Source: a virus. From it: DNA of 64,000 nucleotides. The DNA lies in IMG/VR virus record IMGVR_UViG_3300050034_000187, positions 131,762 through 195,761 of that record; one strand, given 5' to 3'. Shown here one piece after another: positions 56,696 to 64,000 of the stretch (position 1 is its first letter; each line of letters opens with the position of its first letter). A program made the position numbers and the translations under genes. The notes under the pieces were generated by a model. It was not told where the DNA came from. It did not search any database and worked only from the letters and a program-made list of their open reading frames with translations.

Positions 56696-57733
56696 ATGGC
56701 AATGTCATCAAAACTTCAGGAACTTCGTAATCGTCTAGCACAGCAAGAACAAAAGAAAGCTTTTACACCAAATAGTGGCGGGGGAGTTTTTTATCCATTC
56801 TTCAATGCTGAAGCTAGTCCAAGTTTAGCTACTGCTCTTCGCTATCTTCCAGACGGCGATCCTAATAATGCATGGTTCTGGAAAGAGAAGCATACTGTTC
56901 GTCTTCCATTTAGCGGAATCAAGGGACAATCATCAAAGCCAGTTACAGTTACTATTCCATCAATGTCTCAGTGGGATGATCTAAAGTCTCAGGATACAAT
57001 TGCAAATGAAGTACGCAATATGTATACTTTGGCAAAGGAATCTGGCGACGAAAGTATTAAGAAGACTGCATCAACTTACTATCGTCGTGTGAATTATCTT
57101 TTCCAAGGATTTGTTCGGGAAAGTCGCATCACTGAGGAAACTTCTCCAGAAAATCCAATTCGTTTATTTCAATTGAATAAGCAGATTTTCAATATTATTC
57201 AATCCACTGTAATGAATGATCCAGATATCATGGAAATTCCTTGTGATTATCAGCATGGTCTAGATTTTCGTATCATCAAGACTAATAAAGGCCAATATGC
57301 TGACTATGGTACTTCTGCTTTTTCTCGCAGAGAAAGTTCTCTTACCGAGGATGAATTGGCTGCAATTGATAAGTATGGCCTATTCAATCTTTCTGAATTC
57401 ATTGGAAAGAAACCAAATGAGCAAGATATTGCAGTTATCAACGAGATGTTTGAAGCATCAGTTGATGGTGCGGAATATGATGTAGAGCGTTGGGGCAATC
57501 ATTATCGCCCATTTGGAGTAAATGCTCCCACTTCTGCAAAAACAACCGTGGCAGGATCATCGGAATCACAACATAATGCTCCAGAAGATACCCACAATGC
57601 GGCTGATTCTGCTCCAGTCACGCATACTCCCACCTTCACGGTAGAAACACCATCCACCCCTGCTACAACTTCACCAAAGCAGTCTGCACAAGCATTGCTA
57701 GATTTAGTTAGGAATCGAGCACACAAACAATAA
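56696..57733 (+). CDS. single-stranded DNA-binding protein (gp32-like)
   Basis: LRYLPDGD, YLFQGFV, GLDFRIIKT.KG.YADY..S.F; low-complexity tail; adjacent to UvsX. Confidence 0.8.
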   Translation: MAMSSKLQELRNRLAQQEQKKAFTPNSGGGVFYPFFNAEASPSLATALRYLPDGDPNNAWFWKEKHTVRLPFSGIKGQSSKPVTVTIPSMSQWDDLKSQDTIANEVRNMYTLAKESGDESIKKTASTYYRRVNYLFQGFVRESRITEETSPENPIRLFQLNKQIFNIIQSTVMNDPDIMEIPCDYQHGLDFRIIKTNKGQYADYGTSAFSRRESSLTEDELAAIDKYGLFNLSEFIGKKPNEQDIAVINEMFEASVDGAEYDVERWGNHYRPFGVNAPTSAKTTVAGSSESQHNAPEDTHNAADSAPVTHTPTFTVETPSTPATTSPKQSAQALLDLVRNRAHKQ

Positions 57734-57753
57734 ACAATATACCAAGGATAGCC

Positions 57754-57781
57754 GAAGCCTGTGAATTCGTTCGCGGGCTTC
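57754..57781 (+). terminator. hairpin after SSB
   Basis: GAAGCCTGTGAA-TTCG-TTCGCGGGCTTC (UUCG loop). Confidence 0.6.
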
Positions 57782-57800
57782 ATTACATCATGGAGAAAAT

Positions 57801-58883
57801 ATGAGTAAACCGTTTGATTTATCAAAATTTAGAAAGGCAATCACAAAAAGTATCACAGGCATGAGTATAGGATTCCGCGATCCAAAAACATGGATTTCAA
57901 CTGGAAATTATTGTTTAAACTATCTCATCTCGGGAGATTTTTTTAAAGGAATCCCACTGGGGAAGTTGACAATATTTGCTGGTATTAGCGGAAGTGGCAA
58001 ATCATATTTGGCCTCTGGAAATATTGTGAAAAATGCCCAAGAACAAGGAATTTTTGTCGTGCTAATTGATTCAGAAAATGCAATTGATGAAAGTTGGCTA
58101 CATAAACTAGGAGTTGATACTAGCGAAGATAAACTTTTAAAAATTAATATGGCAATGATTTCTGATGTTGCTAAATTAATTAGTGAATTTATAGCTCAAT
58201 ATAGAGAACTTCCAGAAGATGCTAGGCCCAAAGTATTATTCGTGCTAGATAGTCTTGGTATGTTAATGGCTGAAGCGCAAGTTGCTCAATTTAATGATGG
58301 GGAACTTAAAGGTGATATGGGTATTAAACCCAAACAACTTAAAGCCCTAGTAACTAATTGTGTTAATATGTTCGGAGATTTAGATATTGGCATGGTATGT
58401 ACAAATCATGTTTATTCTTCACAAGATAAGTATAGTGATGATATAATTTCTGGTGGATCTGGCGCAATTTTTGCAGCAAGTATCATAGTCACTATGAATT
58501 ATTTTAAGTTAAAAGAAGATGAAGATGGAACAAAAGGAAGCGAAGTCTTTGGAATTCGATCTAAATGCAAAGTGGTTAAGTCTAGATACAATAAACCATT
58601 TGAATCTGTTGAAATATTTATTCCATATGATGCTGGCATGTCCATATATTCTGGACTATTTAATTTTGTTTTAAAACAAAATACCATTATCAAAGAAGGC
58701 AACAGATATGTATATACAGATAATTCCGGAAATCAGCACAAGTATTGGCGAAAAGAGTATATTTCAAACACCGACGGTATATTAGATTTAATTATGTCAG
58801 AATGGGATCAAAGTAAAATACTACACAAAACAGAGCAAGATTTAATAGGAGCAGATGAAGACTCTAATTCAGACAATAATTAA
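57801..58883 (+). CDS. uvsX: RecA-like recombinase UvsX
   Basis: ISTG…LN.LISG…GIPLG, GISGSGKS, IDSENA, LDSLG, TNHVY, ISGG, KSRY. Confidence 0.92.
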   Translation: MSKPFDLSKFRKAITKSITGMSIGFRDPKTWISTGNYCLNYLISGDFFKGIPLGKLTIFAGISGSGKSYLASGNIVKNAQEQGIFVVLIDSENAIDESWLHKLGVDTSEDKLLKINMAMISDVAKLISEFIAQYRELPEDARPKVLFVLDSLGMLMAEAQVAQFNDGELKGDMGIKPKQLKALVTNCVNMFGDLDIGMVCTNHVYSSQDKYSDDIISGGSGAIFAASIIVTMNYFKLKEDEDGTKGSEVFGIRSKCKVVKSRYNKPFESVEIFIPYDAGMSIYSGLFNFVLKQNTIIKEGNRYVYTDNSGNQHKYWRKEYISNTDGILDLIMSEWDQSKILHKTEQDLIGADEDSNSDNN

Positions 58884-58995
58884 TGAACATCCCCACAACG
58901 CCAACAGATTAATTAAGAAAAATCTATTGGCTTGGGGAATAGATAAATATCGTGGATAATATTATCCACGATATTTGCACCAAGTAAGGAGACTC

Positions 58996-59211
58996 ATGAA
59001 TACGGAAATTTTTGTAGAATGCTGGCAGCAACTTTTAGAATATATCCCTCGCAAAGAACAAAAGCATGCAGCAGAACAGATTATGCTTTATCTAGATAAC
59101 ACTCTAGAAACCGAAGAAATTGATAGCATTATATCATTGGATGTGGATTTATCAGATGCATATTCTAATGTACACGAAGAAGATACTATGGAAGATGATG
59201 AGGGAGAGTAA
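58996..59211 (+). CDS. acidic hypothetical protein
   Basis: AAGGAG SD; between UvsX and UvsY. Confidence 0.65.
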   Translation: MNTEIFVECWQQLLEYIPRKEQKHAAEQIMLYLDNTLETEEIDSIISLDVDLSDAYSNVHEEDTMEDDEGE

Positions 59212-59667
59212 ATGGGATGGTATTCGATAGTTTCGAATGATGTATCTAAATTAGATTCATGTATTGTATTTTATGAAAAGGAATTAGAAAATCTAAGAAA
59301 AGATACTTCTATCAAGGGTAATCTGGAACAAAATCAAGCCAGATTACCCGGCATCACCGAAGTAGCTTTTAGCCAATTACAAGAAATAGAAGCTATCTTA
59401 AAATTTTTAGAACTTCAATATACTTGCATTCATAAAAAGCATTATCAAAAATACTTAGAAGGATATAATAGGCAACTATCATCCCGAGATGCTGAAAAAT
59501 ATTCCGATGCCGAAGATGAAGTAATTCAATATTCATTAATCATCAACGAGACTGCTCTTATAAGAAATAAATACTTGGGAATTATCAAAGCGCTGGAACA
59601 AAAGAGTTTTATGCTCGGAAATATTTCTCGACTTAGAGCGGCTGGAATGGAAGACGCATCTATCTGA
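59212..59667 (+). CDS. uvsY: recombination mediator UvsY-like
   Basis: Helical; KYLEGYNR.LSSRDAEKY.D.E, IKALEQKSFML.NI.RLR.AG. Confidence 0.75.
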   Translation: MGWYSIVSNDVSKLDSCIVFYEKELENLRKDTSIKGNLEQNQARLPGITEVAFSQLQEIEAILKFLELQYTCIHKKHYQKYLEGYNRQLSSRDAEKYSDAEDEVIQYSLIINETALIRNKYLGIIKALEQKSFMLGNISRLRAAGMEDASI

Positions 59668-59718
59668 TGAACCACTGCTACTCGGAAGAACGGCAATAGC
59701 TTCCTGATAAATAACATT

Positions 59719-59958
59719 ATGAAAGAAAAAACAAAATCATTATTGGAATCATTAATTGATATCTCTACTGAAAAAGAAATGGCACTGGTTATTGAGTCTC
59801 GCGGAACTCATATTATTTCCAGTGCTATTTCTTTAATTGAATCTATTCAAGAACAATTTGGTGATGAATTGGCTGATGAATTGGAAAGACGGCTTCTTTC
59901 GAGTATTCGAATAAAGAATGATAACAAATTTAAGAAAGGAGCCAAGAAGCTTAAATAA
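59719..59958 (+). CDS. late hypothetical protein
   Basis: TAAATA-5-ATG; KSLLESL N-terminus. Confidence 0.65.
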   Translation: MKEKTKSLLESLIDISTEKEMALVIESRGTHIISSAISLIESIQEQFGDELADELERRLLSSIRIKNDNKFKKGAKKLK

Positions 59959-61339
59959 TCAATCGCCACTTATAATTTGGATATGGTCCATACCAGCCAT
60001 CCACCCAAGCATTACCATTCCATTGATATTGTACATTACTAGCGTTATCCCAAACAAAATTCACATTACCACTATTATTTGCAGAGGCAAAGGTAGTAAT
60101 CCATGCATTCCCGTTATAAGTCACAATATCATTTTGATTAGCTGTATTTGCCACGGGTATTGCTGGGGAATATGGCCAATCTGATCCGATATTGGAAGTA
60201 ATAATATAGCTATCTCCAACATTTGGATTTGTAAAAAATGTATCATATGGATTAACTACGCCATTAATAGAAGAAATACTATTAGATGGTAGGGTAGAAG
60301 TATCAATAGAATAATTTACTATTGTTGGATCGCTATTTGAAATAGTAATTGTTCCTGATATTTCACTATCACTATTATCATACGTCAACCCAATCTTAGA
60401 TAATCCGGGTCGAATATTTCCATATGCTGCTAATATTCCGCTCCATTCTAATGGCTGACCATATAATGCATAATTTGTAATTGCATTTTGTGGAGACAAA
60501 TTTGAAGTATTTGAAACATTGGCAAATGGTGCTTGAACGAATTGATTCAATATACGAATAGTATTATTTTCAACATATAAACCATAATTATTGAAAGTAA
60601 CTACTTGTCTTGTTCCATATACTAAGTCACTTAATCCATCATATCCGGAAAGATTATTGATAACCTTGAAAATAACTCCCATTTTACTAACTTTGGCAGG
60701 AAGACTCATCCATATAGGAGTTTGAAAAGTCATGGTGAATACATCATATAAACTATCATTTCCGCTTGTACCAGTTGGAATACTTCTATTGCTCCATTGA
60801 ATATCTTTTTGCTCAACAATAGATAAACTCTCCCAATCTAAATAATTATCATTTTTTTGAATTTCCAACGCTGGATTAAACAAAGGCAAAAGCTGTTCCA
60901 AAATCTGGCATTTTTGATTGGTACTTGATGTAACTATATCCACTTTAAAAGATAAATCATAAGGAACTGGCATTATTCTGCTTATCGTGTAAGCATTTGC
61001 TTGCCCGGCTAGATATTTCCCAGTGGCTTCATCCCATTGTCTTGTTCTTACTTGTTTACTTTCTACATAAGTTGGATTCTGCCTTCTAGATGCGTTTGGT
61101 TTTAAGTCAGTAATATATATTGACATAAGAGGAACGCTTGGCATAATATTTTCTGAATTCAATCTTTGAATAGTGGACGCATTAAATGTACTATCTCCCC
61201 AAATTACCGGGATTTTGGAATACATCTGCGCACCATTTGAATCAAGTCCATATTGTACCGTAAAATTACTAAACAATCGTTGGATTTGTACTATCCAACT
61301 ACGCATATTATTATCTGAAAAAAACTGTTGAGTGCTCAT
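59951..61339 (-). CDS. tail sheath terminator/stabilizer (T4 gp15-like) with C-terminal extension
   Basis: FSNF, IPVIWG, PVPYDLSFKVDI…QKCQILEQLLPLFNP. Confidence 0.75.
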   Translation of the reverse strand: MSTQQFFSDNNMRSWIVQIQRLFSNFTVQYGLDSNGAQMYSKIPVIWGDSTFNASTIQRLNSENIMPSVPLMSIYITDLKPNASRRQNPTYVESKQVRTRQWDEATGKYLAGQANAYTISRIMPVPYDLSFKVDIVTSSTNQKCQILEQLLPLFNPALEIQKNDNYLDWESLSIVEQKDIQWSNRSIPTGTSGNDSLYDVFTMTFQTPIWMSLPAKVSKMGVIFKVINNLSGYDGLSDLVYGTRQVVTFNNYGLYVENNTIRILNQFVQAPFANVSNTSNLSPQNAITNYALYGQPLEWSGILAAYGNIRPGLSKIGLTYDNSDSEISGTITISNSDPTIVNYSIDTSTLPSNSISSINGVVNPYDTFFTNPNVGDSYIITSNIGSDWPYSPAIPVANTANQNDIVTYNGNAWITTFASANNSGNVNFVWDNASNVQYQWNGNAWVDGWYGPYPNYKWRLII

Positions 61340-61347
61340 AGAGATAT

Positions 61348-63360
61348 TTAGTATCTGTTATATATGAATGGCAATGCCGTATCAAAATCATAAAACTCAT
61401 CGTCATCATCTTCAACTGATTCTATCGGAAGAAAATTCTTTACTATATCTAACATTCTTATACCAAGAATCCCGGCCATTACTAGATCATCAGTTTTTCC
61501 GGGTTTTGCTTTATAACTATTTCCGTTAGAAACAAAACACTTCAATTCACTTATAAATTTCTTACTATGAATTGCCATCTTTTTCATTTCAATCTCGGTC
61601 TTAATTCTAGAACAAGTTGCAAGCTTCGAAGTTGGAGTAGTATTGAATCCTTTACGATATATTTTTGAACTTCTTACATGTGGCTCAGATAGGAAATAAC
61701 CATTGATATTTTCTTCTCCAACTGACCTAATAGCTACTAAATTAGCTTCTCCTAATGTATTATTCTCCACTGAATAATAAACATTATCCTTACTGCCAGA
61801 TATATCGGACAAATATCCAACAATTTCTTTCATTATTTCTATTTGCTTTTCAATACCAGTTTTATTATGAGTCCATTCTCCAATCTGCTCATGGCTTCTT
61901 GCATCAAAAATTTCAATGGCGGCTGGATCACCACCCGTTCCCATACTTGGATCAAGCGCAACAATATAAATGCCTTCTTTTTCTGGCTTCTTATACCACC
62001 GAGTTTGACCAGTTTTGTATAGAGGTTCCGATCCTTGCATAGCAGAAAGAAAGATAGAATTGATAAGCGTTTCTTCTGCAATAACAAACTCACATAATAC
62101 TTCTCTTCTATATTTTTCTTCTCCTAATTGCGATAATTGCTCATCTGCCCATGCTTGATCTCTATCGGGGTGCTCATCCCATTTTGCAGAAAATGCCTTG
62201 AATCCATTCTTTCCTATACCATCTTTTCTGGTATCTCCATATTCATCTAATATATCATTTGCACCAAACCATATTTGCGCATATAAATCATCACTGCTAT
62301 TCGGGGTACTTGTAATAATACACCGCCCACCACTTGATAATGTAGGAACAATTGAACTCCAAAATTCTGATGCAAACGATGACCGAACGAATGCTAATTC
62401 ATCGCAATTATGAGTTATTACACCATTAAGAATATATTCATGCCCGTCCACTTCATAAAAATCATACGTATCTTCTAGCGTATCCTCTTTTATATCTTTA
62501 ATTTTAATACTAGTATTATCTCCTTGTAACGAATCACCCGTCTTCAATTCTTTAACAGTTATCCATTTATCATTTTTTAAAAATTTATGATTTAATGTTG
62601 CAATAACAAAACTATTATCTTCAAATATTATTTTTTTAGCTTTTTTATTAGCGGCGCGATTACAAGAAATTCCCTTAAAATCTTTCCATCCGTTGGATGA
62701 TAAGATTGAATAGTTCATATTATCGGCAATAGAGGTATTTTTATTTACTAATCTATTATATAACTCCAACATTGATATATTTTCAATTTCCTCTGTTTGC
62801 TTATTTTTAATAGTTACAAATGAGGTTTCACCATCTGCACAATATAACATTGAAATCGATAATCCACGACCAGTAGTAGGAGTTGTTGATTGCGCGATTA
62901 ATCGAGAACCATTATCAAATACAATACTTTGTTTATTGTATTCTAATACCCCTGCTCTAACAAAATCTGGACAATTTTCATATGCGAATTTAACACGGCT
63001 TATAATTTCTGATGCACCCGCCATTTTATTTGCAGCAATTAAAACAGTTTGATCTGGATTAAACATAGATACCCATAACAAATATAATGCAGCCGTTGCA
63101 GTTTTTCCCATTTGACGACTTACTAAGTTGCAAGAATATCGATAATTTTGAAATATACCTACCATTCCTATTTGATATGAATATGGCTTATATAAAATCT
63201 TTCCTCGGGTTGGATGCTGAATATAGCAATAATTAGACATGAAATATAATGGACCATTGATTGGGTCCGAACATTTCATTAATTCCCGAATTTCTAAAGC
63301 AGAATATGAACTTGTAATATTTGGTTTTTTTAATACTGAACTTTCACTAAACTTTGCCAT
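61348..63360 (-). CDS. terL: terminase large subunit (gp17-like) with intein
   Basis: YSYQ, Walker A SRQMGKT, FDNGS, GRG, Walker B (LY/C)DELAF, ITSTPN, nuclease LDPSMG.G.D, ENN, DDLVMA. Confidence 0.95.
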   Translation of the reverse strand: MAKFSESSVLKKPNITSSYSALEIRELMKCSDPINGPLYFMSNYCYIQHPTRGKILYKPYSYQIGMVGIFQNYRYSCNLVSRQMGKTATAALYLLWVSMFNPDQTVLIAANKMAGASEIISRVKFAYENCPDFVRAGVLEYNKQSIVFDNGSRLIAQSTTPTTGRGLSISMLYCADGETSFVTIKNKQTEEIENISMLELYNRLVNKNTSIADNMNYSILSSNGWKDFKGISCNRAANKKAKKIIFEDNSFVIATLNHKFLKNDKWITVKELKTGDSLQGDNTSIKIKDIKEDTLEDTYDFYEVDGHEYILNGVITHNCDELAFVRSSFASEFWSSIVPTLSSGGRCIITSTPNSSDDLYAQIWFGANDILDEYGDTRKDGIGKNGFKAFSAKWDEHPDRDQAWADEQLSQLGEEKYRREVLCEFVIAEETLINSIFLSAMQGSEPLYKTGQTRWYKKPEKEGIYIVALDPSMGTGGDPAAIEIFDARSHEQIGEWTHNKTGIEKQIEIMKEIVGYLSDISGSKDNVYYSVENNTLGEANLVAIRSVGEENINGYFLSEPHVRSSKIYRKGFNTTPTSKLATCSRIKTEIEMKKMAIHSKKFISELKCFVSNGNSYKAKPGKTDDLVMAGILGIRMLDIVKNFLPIESVEDDDDEFYDFDTALPFIYNRY
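62407..62841 (-). other. 145-aa mini-intein (no endonuclease)
   Basis: Starts CADGET, block B ATLNHKF, ends ILNGVITHN followed by extein Cys; sits in Walker B. Confidence 0.9.
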
Positions 63361-63423
63361 ATAAATATTTATGCATTTGAAATGTTATTTTTATGTTGAT
63401 ATAATAATCATAGGAGTTATACC

Positions 63424-64000
63424 TTGATTAAAAAAGAAAGTAAAGAATATTGGTTAAAACAACATTGGGGAGATTATTCTATTTCACCGAATCAAAAATT
63501 ACCAGACAAATGGGGAGTACGATCCAGCAAAAAATTTATATTTAAATGCACTTGCGGAAAAACTATTTACCACACATTTATTAAATTAATTGACCGACAA
63601 GACAAATCATGCAGATGTGATAATATACAAACCAGAGAATATTGGTTAAAACAAAAATGGGGAGACTTGATACTTGATCCAAACCAAGAATTACCAGATA
63701 CATGGAGAATGGCAACATCCGATAAATATTATTTTATTTGTGATTGCGGGAAATCCTCAAATATACAATTTGTTGATGTATATAACCATAAGAGTAAATC
63801 ATGCTACTCTTGCAATACTCATCCAAAAGAATATTGGTTAAAACAAAAATGGGGAAAGTTAATACTTGATTCCCACCAGCAATTGCCAGATGAAATAAGT
63901 CAGGGATGCGGGGATAAATATTATTTTATTTGCGAGTGTGGTAAAAGGAAATTATATTATTTCTATAGCATTACTTCTGGAAACAGTGCTAGTTGCGGAT
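63424..64000 (+). CDS. tandem Cys-repeat protein (3'-truncated), possibly a homing-endonuclease DNA-binding region
   Basis: TTG start with AGGAG SD; three ~63-aa repeats EYWLKQKWG…Q.LPD…KY.F.C.CGK…SC. Confidence 0.65.
   Translation, partial: MIKKESKEYWLKQHWGDYSISPNQKLPDKWGVRSSKKFIFKCTCGKTIYHTFIKLIDRQDKSCRCDNIQTREYWLKQKWGDLILDPNQELPDTWRMATSDKYYFICDCGKSSNIQFVDVYNHKSKSCYSCNTHPKEYWLKQKWGKLILDSHQQLPDEISQGCGDKYYFICECGKRKLYYFYSITSGNSASCG

Noticed and set aside
1-64000. Alternative genetic code (stop-codon recoding)
   Set aside because: All long conserved genes are intact in code 11, and TAA, TGA and TAG all end tag-family genes at the same position.
1-64000. tRNA or rRNA genes
   Set aside because: No convincing cloverleaf or T-loop found by eye. 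A tRNAscan-SE run is needed to be sure.

Overview
AT-rich segment of a large T4-like (Tevenvirinae-distant, jumbo-type) phage genome, almost all on the + strand. Replication and recombination core: NAD-dependent ligase (partial), family-B DNA polymerase split in two around an HNH endonuclease, gp45-like clamp, RNase H-like 5' nuclease, primase, gp41-like helicase, gp32-like SSB, UvsX and UvsY. Morphogenesis genes: gp15-like tail terminator and terminase large subunit with a 145-aa mini-intein. Accessory genes: RNA-repair enzymes (PNK, CCA-adding enzyme, phosphoesterase, nucleotidyltransferase), an Acb1/gp57B-like 2H phosphoesterase, glycosyltransferases, and three TnpB-type IS elements within 7 kb. 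The main unexplained signal is a family of about 48 small, otherwise divergent ORFs in nine patches, nearly all tandem arrays. They all end in the same acidic C-terminal tag, roughly S-x-E-E-h-h-Q-h-x-M-E-x-stop, whose ATGGAG codons also form the next gene's Shine-Dalgarno. Other notable items: an RlmN/Cfr-like radical SAM gene whose catalytic AACGQL tail sits on a separate, independently promoted 46-aa ORF; widespread leaderless promoters; and a replication-gene-specific AACATTTGAA promoter variant. All product calls come from motif recognition by eye. No database searches were run.
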